From positions 1,029,845 through 1,093,844 of the forward strand of contig OZ243956.1 of the NCBI GenBank assembly GCA_965214405.1: 64,000 nt of DNA, given 5' to 3'. The DNA comes from Trueperaceae bacterium. Lineage in GTDB: Bacteria > Deinococcota > Deinococci > Deinococcales > Trueperaceae. Made by a program: the position numbers and the translations under genes. The notes beneath the pieces were generated by a model, which worked only from the letters and a program-made list of their open reading frames with translations, was not told the DNA's origin and did not search any database. This document shows, in pieces, positions 9,263-18,749 of this stretch. Position 1 is the stretch's first letter. The number at the start of each line of letters is the position of its first letter.

Positions 9263-11083
9263 GTGCGCTCACGCTTATTGCGCCTACACCTAAAAAAGTC
9301 ATGGCTCTGGCTCTGGCTGCTCCCGGCTTTCGTCTTGACGGCGAGCCACGTTGCCGAAGCTCGCTGGCACGCGGCTTATGAGGTGGCGGGGCAGTTCGTT
9401 TTGGCGCTCGCGGTGAGCGCGCTGGTTGTGCCCGTCAGGGTGCTACGCCCCGCGCTCGTCGCTGTACTTATTTTTTTCCTTCTTGCGGCGGTTTCGGGTC
9501 CCCTCCTGGCCTCGCGCGTTTGGCAAGACCCGCAGGCGCTCAGCCTCACGGACGTAGCAGCGAATCTTAGGCACAACGTAGTGACCACCTTAGCCTTGCG
9601 CTCATGGATGTTACCCGCAGGTGTAGAGAGGCTCGAGCTCTCCTTCGAAGCGCGCCTTGCCAAAGGAGCGTTGGGTTGGGACTGGTTTCGCTCATCGGGC
9701 GGGTTTGAACTCACGCCTTTGGAAGAAAACGGCACCCCATTTACACGCGTCGTCACGCCGCGCGGGGTCGACCCTTATCTCATGCGGACATTTGACTTAG
9801 GTAGCCCAGCGGGCGGTAGAACATTTAAGGTCGAGCTCGAGATGCGTTCACCCAGCCCCATCCCGGCAGAAGGGTGTCGGGGGACTTGGTTGCAAACCTG
9901 GGGTCCCGGCGGTGACGCAGCGTGTAAAGCCGCAAACCTCGGTCCCGGCTGGCGTTCGATTGAACTCACATGGACCGCCCCGGCAGCCTCGGAATCGTCT
10001 ATCATTCGCATTGTCCTGAACGATTTCGACGGTCTGAGTTATGACGTGCGCAACGTTAAACTTTATGAGCTTACGGGTGGACGCGAGAGGAGGCTCGAGC
10101 CCACACTCCAAGAAGTCGCAGATTTAGCCGTAAATTGGGGCGAGACCGAACCCAACGTAGGGCGATGGTTCGTCCCAACGAACGAGTGGCAGACCTTTAA
10201 CTTTTTGCTCGAGCCTCCCCGGAACGCGTCTTCTTTGCAGGCGCTCCTTCTCTTGGGAAGCACGCAGAGTTTGGGCACGCAGGTCGAGGTGCGGGGTACA
10301 AAACTCGAGAACGCGAACGGGCCGCAGCCCATACCCGTTCCCACCTACCCCCGCGCTCAACTCTGGTTCAGCCATCCCAATCTGGCGGCCCACACGCTTC
10401 TGAGCCTGGTTTTGGCAACGCTCGTAACGACAAGTTCGCTCGGCCTCACGCTCGTCGTCTCGAGCCTGGCGGCGTTCACGGTCGTTTTAATTCGCTCCAG
10501 GGCCGCCTGGCTCGCTTTGCTACTGGGGGCGGGCTGGTTCTCTTTTCTTACGCCCCCCCTCACATCCCGGCGGCGGCTGGGCGTGCTTCTCGCCGTGGTT
10601 ATTTTGATAGGCGCGGGCATCTTCAGCGTGAACAGCTTTAGAAGCGGCGTTTTCGCCAACCGCACGGGGACGAGTCGGCTCGAGATTTGGGGGGTCGCCG
10701 CGAACGCGCTTCTTGATCATCCCTGGGCAGGCGTTGGCCGGGCCAACTTCACCGGATATTGGCAGGAGGCGTATCAAGGGAGCAGTCAAGAACTTGTGAC
10801 CCACGCGCACAACCTCTGGCTCCAATTCGCCGCCGCCTACGGCCTCCCCGGCCTCGCCGCTATTTTGTGGCTCACCGGAGGTTTTCTCACTCTCGCTTGG
10901 ACCTGGGGCCGCTGGCGCGGTCTCGCTCTCGTCGTCCCAGTTTTCGTCATGAACATTTTTGACTACACTTTTTTCTACTCCGGCGTCCTCTTCCCGCTCC
11001 TCTTGGGCATGAACGCGCTCCGGGAAGAACGCGCGAACACTTTACAGGCCGCCGCGCCCCCTCCGGCTACAGAAAAGGCATAA
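9263..11083 (+). CDS. O-antigen ligase/Wzy_C-family membrane protein with a large non-membrane insert
   Basis: 606 aa. The C-terminal part carries the Wzy_C loop motif (RLEIWGVAANALLDHPWAGVGRANFTGYW ... THAHNLWLQFAAAYGLPGLAAI) flanked by TM segments. Residues about 100-375 are non-hydrophobic and look beta-rich (TFKVELEMRSPSP..., IIRIVLNDFDGLSYDVRNVKLYEL). Confidence 0.65.
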   Translation: MRSRLLRLHLKKSWLWLWLLPAFVLTASHVAEARWHAAYEVAGQFVLALAVSALVVPVRVLRPALVAVLIFFLLAAVSGPLLASRVWQDPQALSLTDVAANLRHNVVTTLALRSWMLPAGVERLELSFEARLAKGALGWDWFRSSGGFELTPLEENGTPFTRVVTPRGVDPYLMRTFDLGSPAGGRTFKVELEMRSPSPIPAEGCRGTWLQTWGPGGDAACKAANLGPGWRSIELTWTAPAASESSIIRIVLNDFDGLSYDVRNVKLYELTGGRERRLEPTLQEVADLAVNWGETEPNVGRWFVPTNEWQTFNFLLEPPRNASSLQALLLLGSTQSLGTQVEVRGTKLENANGPQPIPVPTYPRAQLWFSHPNLAAHTLLSLVLATLVTTSSLGLTLVVSSLAAFTVVLIRSRAAWLALLLGAGWFSFLTPPLTSRRRLGVLLAVVILIGAGIFSVNSFRSGVFANRTGTSRLEIWGVAANALLDHPWAGVGRANFTGYWQEAYQGSSQELVTHAHNLWLQFAAAYGLPGLAAILWLTGGFLTLAWTWGRWRGLALVVPVFVMNIFDYTFFYSGVLFPLLLGMNALREERANTLQAAAPPPATEKA

Positions 11084-11140
11084 TGGGATGCGTTGCGAGG
11101 GTAGCACATGACGACTTTGGGTAATCACTTTGGGTAATTC

Positions 11141-13630
11141 ATGACAACGGCTCTAGGCAAAAGCGTCCCCTTCTTGCTGGGCTTCGGCTTCGCGCTGCTG
11201 CCCAACGTCGGCCCCTTTGTCGGCCTCTTGTTTCTTTTCGCCGACAGGTGGCCGCTCAGGCGCTCCGACGGGCTCTGGTGGGGCGCGGCTTTGTTGCTCG
11301 CGCTGCCCCTGGCGGTTCACGGCGGGGTGCGCGGCTTTCTGTTCGGTGCGCTCCAGGTGCTCGCGCCCTGGCTCATCTACCGAACCTTTGCGCGCCTCTA
11401 CGCTGAACGCGCGGCGGTGCGCGGCTCGTTTATGGGGCTGGGTCTGCTCTCGGGGCTGGCGCTCGTCGTGGGGTTAGGCTTTCTGCATGGCAGTGGGTTC
11501 GGGGGGACCTCGAGACTCGCCCAAACCCTCGTTTGGGACGCGAATACCAACCTCTATGGTCACACCGTGTTTTTGCTCGGCTCGCTCTTCGCGCTCCTCC
11601 TATCCAGCACGCGGCTCCGCCTCCTAAGCCTCGCGCTCGCAGCGTTAGGCGTGCTCGCGTCGGGAAGCCCGGAGGCGCTGCTTGCTTGGCTCGCCGTTGC
11701 CGCGGCTCTACTTTTTTTGGGTTATACAAAGTCGTGGCGGGGTCGTGCGGCGCACGTCGCGCTCATCGCCGCGGTCTCCTTTATGGCGCTCCGCGTCTCG
11801 CCTGCTAGCTTGTGGAATCTGCCGGGTCCCTTGAGACTCGCCTACTGGGGGGCTGCATGGGAGGGCTTTCTTACGCGCCCCCTGTGGGGCTGGGGCGAAA
11901 CGGCCTTTGCGAACTACTATCATGTTGTCTGGTCCGCGTTCGACCCCACTTACGCGGTGCCGTCGCACGCGCACAATTTAGGGTTGCACGTGCTGTTCTC
12001 GAGGGGCTTAGTCGGCTTTCTGGGCCTCCTGCTCCTCGTCGCCGCGCTCACCTGGGCCGCCCTCAAAAGCCGCGATCTGCCCTTTTTGAGCGTGGTCGCC
12101 GCGCTTTTGGTCGCCAACACCTTTGACGCCACGCTTTTTTACGGCGGCGTCATCTATCCGCTGGCGGCGGTGGCGGGCTGGCGTTCGGCTTCCTATGCGC
12201 GGGCGCGCGAAAGGGCAGGCGGGGCGCAGGGGGGGGTGGTGCGTTTTGCGCTGGCGGCGGCGGACTTTGGCGCGGCGGGACTCGCGCTGGGGCTGGCTCT
12301 GCTTTTACGAGGCTGGCTTGGCCTCTTTTTGGATTCGCCGCTCGTGACGCCTCCGAATCTGCAAACGGCCTTTTACGCGCTCCTCCTCTGGCCCGCGATG
12401 GCCTGGCGTGAAGGGCTTTATCCCGGTTACGGCCTCACCGCACCCCAGGAACTGCGTAAGGGCGTCTCGAGCGCCGCCTATGCCGGGCTCATCTTGATGG
12501 CGGGGACGCTGCTTTTTTACGAAGAACTCCTCCCCCGCTCCGTTTTTCTCCTCACCACTCTCCTGACGATGGTGTTTTGCCCCGTGGGCCGCGCATTCGT
12601 AAAACGCGCGCTGCACGCGTTCGGCCTGTGGGGCCGTCCCGTGGTCATTTTGGGCGCGGGGCAGGCGGGGCGACGGGTGGCGCGCGCGCTGCGGCGGCGG
12701 CCTCTGGACGGCCTCGAGCCCGTCGCCTTTTTCGACGACGACGCGGGTAAGCAGGGGCTTCTCTTTGAGGGCGTCAGGGTCCGCGGAAGCTTGGGCGAGG
12801 CCAACGCGTACGCTCTGGCCCGCGGCGTCTCGCACGCCATCGTCGCCATCCCCACCGCCTCGTCCGAGGAGTTGGCGGGGCTCGTCAACGGGCGCGGGCA
12901 CGTGTTTAAGCGGGTGCAGTTCGTGCCCAACCTTGCCGGGTTGCCCTCTCGAGAGGTCTACGCGAGCGACCTCGACGGGATGCTGGCGCTAGAAGTCCGT
13001 AGCGGCCTCTACGCCCCCGCCAACAGGCTTGCCAAACGCGCGCTGGACCTTCTCGGCGGCGGCGTGTGTACGCTCCTCGCTTCGCCCCTCCTCCTCGCGC
13101 TCGCCCTGTGGATACGCCTCGACAGCCCTGGCCCTGCGTTTTATGAGAGCGCGCGCATCGGACAAGGGGGCGAGACCTTCCGCTGTCTCAAATTCCGCAC
13201 CATGTACAAAGACGCCGACGCGCGTTTGGGCGACCTCATGAGCACCGACCCCGGTATCTTTGAGGAGTACACGCGCTACCACAAACTTCAAGAGGACCCG
13301 CGCGTCACCCCGGCGGGCCGTTTTTTGCGCCGCACCAGCCTCGACGAGTTGCCGCAACTCTTTAACGTGCTGACCGGCGAGATGAGCTTGGTCGGCCCCC
13401 GCCCCTACCTCACGCGCGAACGAAGCGATATGGGTGAACGTGCGCCCGCTATTCTCGAGGCCAAACCCGGCGTGACCGGTTACTGGCAGGTCTCGGGCCG
13501 CAACGAGATTACGTTTGAGGACAGGCTCGAGATGGAAGCGCATTATGTGCGCAACTGGTCGATTTGGTGGGATATCGTCATCCTGACGCAGACCGCGGCG
13601 GCGGTGCTGGGGCGGCAGGGGGCACGCTAG
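11141..13630 (+). CDS. fusion protein: N-terminal O-antigen ligase/Wzy_C-like domain + WbaP-type polyprenyl-phosphate sugar phosphotransferase
   Basis: One uninterrupted 829-aa ORF. Residues about 1-350 are polytopic with [12 protein letters not shown] ... [25 protein letters not shown] (Wzy_C motif). Residues about 500-560 contain [17 protein letters not shown] (Rossmann/CoA-binding-like). The C-terminus reads [31 protein letters not shown] ... [22 protein letters not shown] ... [13 protein letters not shown], the bacterial sugar transferase signature. Confidence 0.8.
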   Translation: MTTALGKSVPFLLGFGFALLPNVGPFVGLLFLFADRWPLRRSDGLWWGAALLLALPLAVHGGVRGFLFGALQVLAPWLIYRTFARLYAERAAVRGSFMGLGLLSGLALVVGLGFLHGSGFGGTSRLAQTLVWDANTNLYGHTVFLLGSLFALLLSSTRLRLLSLALAALGVLASGSPEALLAWLAVAAALLFLGYTKSWRGRAAHVALIAAVSFMALRVSPASLWNLPGPLRLAYWGAAWEGFLTRPLWGWGETAFANYYHVVWSAFDPTYAVPSHAHNLGLHVLFSRGLVGFLGLLLLVAALTWAALKSRDLPFLSVVAALLVANTFDATLFYGGVIYPLAAVAGWRSASYARARERAGGAQGGVVRFALAAADFGAAGLALGLALLLRGWLGLFLDSPLVTPPNLQTAFYALLLWPAMAWREGLYPGYGLTAPQELRKGVSSAAYAGLILMAGTLLFYEELLPRSVFLLTTLLTMVFCPVGRAFVKRALHAFGLWGRPVVILGAGQAGRRVARALRRRPLDGLEPVAFFDDDAGKQGLLFEGVRVRGSLGEANAYALARGVSHAIVAIPTASSEELAGLVNGRGHVFKRVQFVPNLAGLPSREVYASDLDGMLALEVRSGLYAPANRLAKRALDLLGGGVCTLLASPLLLALALWIRLDSPGPAFYESARIGQGGETFRCLKFRTMYKDADARLGDLMSTDPGIFEEYTRYHKLQEDPRVTPAGRFLRRTSLDELPQLFNVLTGEMSLVGPRPYLTRERSDMGERAPAILEAKPGVTGYWQVSGRNEITFEDRLEMEAHYVRNWSIWWDIVILTQTAAAVLGRQGAR

Positions 13631-13649
13631 CCATGCTAGAGTAGGCCAC

Positions 13650-14513
13650 GTGAAAGGCATCATCCTAGCAGGCGGCGCGGGCACGCGTCTCTACCCCGCC
13701 ACTCGAGCCGTGTCCAAACAGCTCCTGCCCGTCTACGACAAACCAATGATCTACTACCCCATTTCAGTTTTGATGCTCGCGGGCATCCGCGACATTCTGG
13801 TTATCTCGACGCCGCACGACCTCCCGTTTTTCCGCCGTCTCTTGGGGGATGGCTCGCAGTGGGGGCTCGCTTTTTCGTACGCCGAGCAGCCCCGGCCCGA
13901 GGGGCTGGCGCAGGCGCTGGTGATAGGCCGCGAGTTTGTGGAGGAGGATTCGGTCTGTCTCATCCTGGGCGACAACATCTTTTTCGGTCAGAGCTTTGGC
14001 GCGCACCTCAAAAGGGCGGCGGCGCGCGAAACGGGCGCGACCGTGTTCGGCTATTACGTGAGAGACCCTGAGCGCTACGGGGTGGTCGAGTTTGACGGGG
14101 ACGGCAAGGCCGTAAGCATCGAGGAGAAGCCCGCGAGGCCCAAGTCGCACTACGCCATTACCGGCCTCTACTTTTATGACAACGAAGTGTTGGAGTTTGT
14201 TAAAGACCTCACCCCCTCCCCAAGGGGCGAACTGGAAATTACCGACGTCAACAAGATGTATTTGGCGCGGGGCGCGCTCCGCGTCGAAATGATGGGCCGC
14301 GGGATGGCCTGGCTGGACACGGGCACGCACGAATCGCTCTTGCAGGCGTCCAACTTTGTCGAGACCATCGAGCAGCGGCAGGGGCTCAAGATCGCCTGTT
14401 TGGAAGAAGTCGCCTACCGGCAGGGCTGGATAGACGCTGCGGAGGTTGAAAAGCTCGCCCGGCCAATGGCAAAAACGGGCTACGGGGCGTATCTGCTCGA
14501 GCTTATCCGCTAG
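13650..14513 (+). CDS. rmlA: glucose-1-phosphate thymidylyltransferase
   Basis: N-terminus (M)[54 protein letters not shown] is near-canonical RmlA. 287 aa. Confidence 0.95.
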   Translation: MKGIILAGGAGTRLYPATRAVSKQLLPVYDKPMIYYPISVLMLAGIRDILVISTPHDLPFFRRLLGDGSQWGLAFSYAEQPRPEGLAQALVIGREFVEEDSVCLILGDNIFFGQSFGAHLKRAAARETGATVFGYYVRDPERYGVVEFDGDGKAVSIEEKPARPKSHYAITGLYFYDNEVLEFVKDLTPSPRGELEITDVNKMYLARGALRVEMMGRGMAWLDTGTHESLLQASNFVETIEQRQGLKIACLEEVAYRQGWIDAAEVEKLARPMAKTGYGAYLLELIR

Positions 14514-14626
14514 CGTAACCATAACGTGAGGGTTGCCGGGAGACGCGTGTAAAGTAGTGGGTATTATCACTTCACGGCTTCGGGTGAAACCTCCCCTGCT
14601 AACTTTTGCCGCTTGAAGGAGGGATC

Positions 14627-15367
14627 GTGAAAATCTTACTTACGGGCGGCTCGGGGCGGTTGGGGAGCGCTTTGCAAGAGCTTCTTCCGGACGTCGTTGC
14701 ACCCTCGAGCACCGAACTCGACGTGACGGACGAAAGAAGCGTGGGACGGGCGCTCGAGCACCACCAACCCGACCTCATCGTCCACGCCGCCGCCTACACC
14801 GACGTCAAGGGGGCCGAAGGTGCGCGCGAACGCTGCTGGCGCACCAACGTGGGCGGCACGCGCGCCCTCGTCCGGGCGCTTGGCAACTGCCGCCTCGTTC
14901 ATATTTCGACGGACTACGTGTTTTATGGTGACACGGGCGGCTACAAAGAGGACGACCCAGTGGGGCCGGTCCGAAACTACTACGCGCTCTCCAAGCTCGC
15001 CGCCGAGGCGGTGGCGCGCGTGGCGGCGCGGTGTTTGGTCGTGCGCTCGAGCTTTCGCCCCAACGAGTGGCCCTACCCCGTCGCCTTTAGCGACGTGTAC
15101 ACAAGTCAAGATTATCTGGACGTCATCGCGCCCGACATCGCGCTCGCGGTGAGGCACGTGGAAGATATCCCCTTTGACACGTTGCACATCGCCACGGAAC
15201 GCAAGAGCGTCTACGACCTCGCCCGCCGCCGCAAACCCGACGTGACGCGGGGTTCTAAGACAGAGGCGGGCGTCGCGCTGCCCGACGACATCAGCTTAAA
15301 CACCGAACGCTGGCAGGCGCTCAAGGGGACGCTTCCTCAAAATCCTGTCCAAAAGGAACCCGCATGA
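14627..15367 (+). CDS. rmlD: dTDP-4-dehydrorhamnose reductase
   Basis: KILLTGGSGRLGSAL ... LVHISTDYVFYG ... YALSKLAAE (Rossmann, STDYVF and YxxxK motifs). Start moved to GTG 14627, directly after GAAGGAGGG; the track start at 14606 is upstream of that RBS. Confidence 0.8.
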   Translation: MKILLTGGSGRLGSALQELLPDVVAPSSTELDVTDERSVGRALEHHQPDLIVHAAAYTDVKGAEGARERCWRTNVGGTRALVRALGNCRLVHISTDYVFYGDTGGYKEDDPVGPVRNYYALSKLAAEAVARVAARCLVVRSSFRPNEWPYPVAFSDVYTSQDYLDVIAPDIALAVRHVEDIPFDTLHIATERKSVYDLARRRKPDVTRGSKTEAGVALPDDISLNTERWQALKGTLPQNPVQKEPA

Positions 15368-15897
15368 CCAAGCTCTCCTCATCCGTCACCGACGCGCTCA
15401 CCTTTCAAAGCTACGCGCCCGCGCCCGCCATTGAAGGTGTCTGGACCTCGCCGCTTCGCAAGAGCCGGAGCGACAACGGCAGTTTTATGGAGTACGTGCG
15501 GCTGTCAGAAGGGAGCGTCGAGGATGCAGAAGGTTTTACCGCCCGCCAAATTAGCGTGTCGGAGGCCGCGCCGGGCCGCGTCAACGCGTTTCACATTCAT
15601 CCGAGAGAGCCGCAAAACGAACTCTGGACGGTGATTACCGGCCTCCTCAAAATCTGGCTCGTGGACCTCCGCGAGGGCTCCCCCACCGAGGGCGTCAAAC
15701 GAATGTTCGTTCTCTCCGGTGAGGCTCCCATAAGGCTCTTTATTCCTGCGGGCGTGGCCCACGGCTACCGAGCGGGGCCGGAGGGCGCGACGCTCCTTTA
15801 CGTGATGGACAAGCAGTTCGACCTCGAGCACCCCAACGAGGGCCGCTTGCCCTGGGATTTTTTTGGGGCGGAGCTTTGGGAGGAAGACCGGGGTTAG
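15364..15897 (+). CDS. rmlC: dTDP-4-dehydrorhamnose 3,5-epimerase-like cupin
   Basis: NAFHIHPREPQNELWTVITGLLKIWLVDLREGSPTEG ... IPAGVAHGY. ATGA overlap with rmlD. Sits among the rml genes. Confidence 0.75.
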   Translation: MTKLSSSVTDALTFQSYAPAPAIEGVWTSPLRKSRSDNGSFMEYVRLSEGSVEDAEGFTARQISVSEAAPGRVNAFHIHPREPQNELWTVITGLLKIWLVDLREGSPTEGVKRMFVLSGEAPIRLFIPAGVAHGYRAGPEGATLLYVMDKQFDLEHPNEGRLPWDFFGAELWEEDRG

Positions 15898-16012
15898 GTG
15901 AGCTACTGTCTGTACGGACGCGCACCGCAAACGACGCTTCACCTGGCGCTAAAGGTTCCAGGGCTCTGGCTTGCATCTCGTTAAGGTCTGGCTGAAGCCC
16001 GCGGGTTCGGTG

Positions 16013-16267
16013 TTAGCCGTGACCCGCACCGTCTTCTAGGGTGTCTGACTTGATAAGCGCGTCCATAACGGCCTCATCCAAAACGGCAGCGTGAACACGC
16101 AAGTGGGCGAGTGACTCGAGCAGTTCACCCTCGAGCGCGTCCCTCTCGCCCGCACCACGCCCCGTATTTTTAAGGCGGCTCACAAGGTCACCGTACCTTT
16201 TTGCCTCCTGCGCCAGCTCATCCCATAACAGCGTGTTCGGCGCTTCGGCCCCCTCGGGAAGGTCCAA
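16013..16267 (-). CDS. hypothetical small acidic protein (about 84 aa)
   Basis: ORF 16013..16348 overlaps the upstream ORF by 73 nt. A TTG at 16267 lies 8 nt after that ORF's stop and would give (M)DLPEGAEAPNTLLWDELAQEAKRYGDLVSRL... The start is uncertain and I recognise no family. Confidence 0.3.
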   Translation of the reverse strand: MDLPEGAEAPNTLLWDELAQEAKRYGDLVSRLKNTGRGAGERDALEGELLESLAHLRVHAAVLDEAVMDALIKSDTLEDGAGHG

Positions 16268-16275
16268 GATTGGGT

Positions 16276-16470
16276 TCAGCGTTTGTCTCTGAGGCGCTTT
16301 TCCTTGAGGTCTATTTGCAGTTGCCACGTCGCTATCTCCTTTTCCCAATGACGAATGAGGCCAGAGTCGGGGGAGGATTGACGCATCTCGCTGGCAATCT
16401 TTGCTCGGTGTAGGTCAATTTGATTCTGCCAGCCAGCTATCTGCTTTCGGATGCGTTTGTTTTCACCCAC
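16276..16470 (-). CDS. hypothetical small basic protein (64 aa)
   Basis: ORF only: MGENKRIRKQIAGWQNQIDLHRAKIASEMRQSSPDSGLIRHWEKEIATWQLQIDLKEKRLRDKR, which looks like a coiled coil. I recognise no family. Confidence 0.35.
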   Translation of the reverse strand: MGENKRIRKQIAGWQNQIDLHRAKIASEMRQSSPDSGLIRHWEKEIATWQLQIDLKEKRLRDKR

Positions 16471-16627
16471 GCCTATAGATTAGCAGAGTGTGACGGGATA
16501 GCTCAGGAGCTACACCATATAGCAGTTCCATGACATACTGAGACAAATGAACGCAACTATCATTGCCGAAACTGCGTGCTAGACAGTGCTTTGTATAGTA
16601 AGTGTGTCTCAAACCAGATGATACTTG

Positions 16628-17452
16628 CTAGGTTCTGTTGACATTCTCATGTAGTGAGTTATTAAGAAAGGGCATGAGCAAGGTGAAACTTAAGGCTAAA
16701 CAGTGGCATAAAATCAGAACGTTCTTAGATGAGAACCCGCAGGTGTACGTGGGGCAAGAGAAGCAGTGCCGTAGATTTGTCGAAGGCGTACTTTGGCTGC
16801 TGCGGAGCGGTTCTCAGTGGCGGCTTCTTCCCAGGGAGTACGGCAAATGGAACAGTGCTTACAAGCGCTTTGACCGGTGGAGTGAGCGTGGCGTATGGCA
16901 GGAGCTATTCGAACACTTTGCGGATGACTCGGACATGGAAAGCGTCATGATAGACGGCTCCGTAGTACGGGCACATGCGTGCTCCGCGGGTGCGCCCTCT
17001 AAAAAAGGGGGCAAGAGGCGCAGAACTTAGGCTATAGTCGCGGTGGGTTTAGTACGAAGATACACGTGAGCGTCGACGCTCTAGGCAACCCGTTACGGCT
17101 GTTGCTCACCGCGGGACAAGCGCATGAAGCGCCACACGCTAGAGCGTTGCTAGCGGGTTATGAAGCTGAGTTCGTGATGGGCGACAAATCTTATGATGCT
17201 GAACATGTGCTCCTCACCATCGCCGAGATGGGTGCGCAAGCGGTGATTCCACCCAGAAGTAACCGCAACGAACAGCGCGAGTATGACCAAGAACTCTATA
17301 AAGAGCGTCACCTCGTTGAGTGTTTTTTCAACAAGCTTAAACGGTATAGGCGCTGCTTCTCACGCTTTGACAAACTGGCTCGTAACTACCTCAGTTTCTT
17401 GCACTTCGCTTCCGCTCTCATCTGGTTAAGGTGAAATGTCAACACAACCTAG
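16628..17452 (+). mobile_element. IS5-family (IS427/IS1031-like group) insertion sequence, about 0.82 kb
   Basis: Terminal inverted repeats CTAGGTTCTGTTGACATT (16628-16645) and AATGTCAACACAACCTAG (17435-17452), with one mismatch. The flanks are consistent with insertion into a CTAG site with TA duplication. Two-ORF transposase inside. Confidence 0.85.
16674..17434 (+). CDS. IS5-family transposase, OrfA-OrfB joined by a -1 frameshift
   Basis: OrfA (ATG 16674..17030): ...GVLWLLRSGSQWRLLPREYGKWNSAYKRFDRWSERGVW... OrfB lies in the -1 frame. Slipping on the A6G run (about 17003-17009, CTAAAAAAGGGGG) reads on into ...QEAQNLGYSRGGFSTKIHVSVDALGNPLRLLLTAGQAHE...YKERHLVECFFNKLKRYRR, the typical IS5/IS427 layout. 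Confidence 0.85.
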
Positions 17453-17648
17453 TAGATATCGGAACGTTATGAAACGAAGGAGGTCAGAACAAGGGGCTCA
17501 TCCGCTAAAATTAAGGTTGCGCTATTTTTACGCAGGTGGGGATGAACCGTGCTCGAGCCTTGGAAACTGGCCGCCCAAAAGGGTACGATTTTGCAAGTGA
17601 AGTTCTTAACGACCTTGTTGTCTTGGCAGTCTCGCTCTAGGAGTCATA

Positions 17649-18698
17649 GTGAATAGTTCAAAACAGTACAAAAAAATCCTCGTCACCGGCGGCGCGGGCT
17701 TTATCGGCTCGAGCTTCGTGCGCTTTATACTTAAAGAGCGGCCCGACGCGGAAATCATCAACCTCGACCTGCTCACCTACGCGGGCAACCCGGAAAATCT
17801 GGCGGATGTGGAGGCGAGCCCGCGCTACCGTTTCGTGCAGGGCGACGTGAACGACGAGGCGCTGCTAGAAAGCCTGCTGGAGGGCTGCGACGCGGTGGTG
17901 CATTTTGCCGCCGAGACGCACGTGGACCGCTCGATCATGGACGCACGGCCCTTTGTTAGAGCGAACGTCATGGGCACGCAGACGCTGCTACAGGTTTTGC
18001 AGGATTTTCATGCGAGGGGCGACGCCAAACGCCTCATCCACGTGAGCACCGACGAGGTCTACGGGGCGCTACCGCTCGAGCCCGCCAGCTTAAAATTTAC
18101 CGAAAGCACCCCGCTGGCCCCCCGAAGCCCCTACGCGGCCTCTAAAGCCGCCTCCGACCTCCTCGTGCTGGCGGCGCACGAAACGTACGGCCTGGACGCG
18201 TCTATCACCCGCTGCTCGAACAACTTCGGTCCCTACCAATTTCCTGAAAAAGTCATCCCGCTCTTTGTAATGAATTTGTTGGACGATAAGCGCGTGCCTC
18301 TTTATGGCGACGGTCAAAACGTGCGCGACTGGCTGCACGTCCTCGACCACTGCGAGGCGGTGCTGCGGGTGCTGGAAGCGGGCGCGCCGGGCGAGGTCTA
18401 CAACATCGGCGGCGACAACGAACGCAGCAATCTGGAACTCACCCAAACCATTCTGAAAATCATGGGTAAAGACGAAAGGATGATCGAGCGCGTCAAGGAC
18501 CGCCCCGGCCACGACCGGCGTTACGCGATTGACGCGTCGAAGGTGGCGCGAGAGCTTTCTTGGCGTCCCTCCCGCTCGGCCTGGCCGGAGGCGCTGGAAG
18601 AAACCGTCAGGTGGTACGCCGAGCATCCGGAATGGTGCGCGCGCGTTCAGAGCGGGGCCTACCGCGACTACTATCAGAAGCAGTATGTGGAGCGTTGA
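17649..18698 (+). CDS. rmlB: dTDP-glucose 4,6-dehydratase
   Basis: KILVTGGAGFIGSSFVRFIL ... HFAAETHVDRSI ... YAASKAASDLL. 349 aa, with AGGAG upstream of the GTG start. Confidence 0.95.
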   Translation: MNSSKQYKKILVTGGAGFIGSSFVRFILKERPDAEIINLDLLTYAGNPENLADVEASPRYRFVQGDVNDEALLESLLEGCDAVVHFAAETHVDRSIMDARPFVRANVMGTQTLLQVLQDFHARGDAKRLIHVSTDEVYGALPLEPASLKFTESTPLAPRSPYAASKAASDLLVLAAHETYGLDASITRCSNNFGPYQFPEKVIPLFVMNLLDDKRVPLYGDGQNVRDWLHVLDHCEAVLRVLEAGAPGEVYNIGGDNERSNLELTQTILKIMGKDERMIERVKDRPGHDRRYAIDASKVARELSWRPSRSAWPEALEETVRWYAEHPEWCARVQSGAYRDYYQKQYVER

Positions 18699-18749
18699 GC
18701 GTCCAGCGAAATCCCGCACAAACGCCCGCGCCCACAGTAGAGTAGACTG

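Noticed and set aside
11084-11140. Direct repeat ACTTTGGGTAAT x2 in the 57-bp spacer before the Wzy_C-PGT fusion gene
   Set aside because: It is a single short duplication with no inverted symmetry or promoter-like context. It is noted only.
12305-14570. Long antisense ORFs (12305-12901, 12517-12930, 12989-13684, 13764-14570) opposite the PGT fusion and rmlA
   Set aside because: They lie opposite genes with unmistakable family motifs. They are Arg/Pro/Gly-rich with no motifs. These are typical stop-poor shadow frames of GC-rich DNA.
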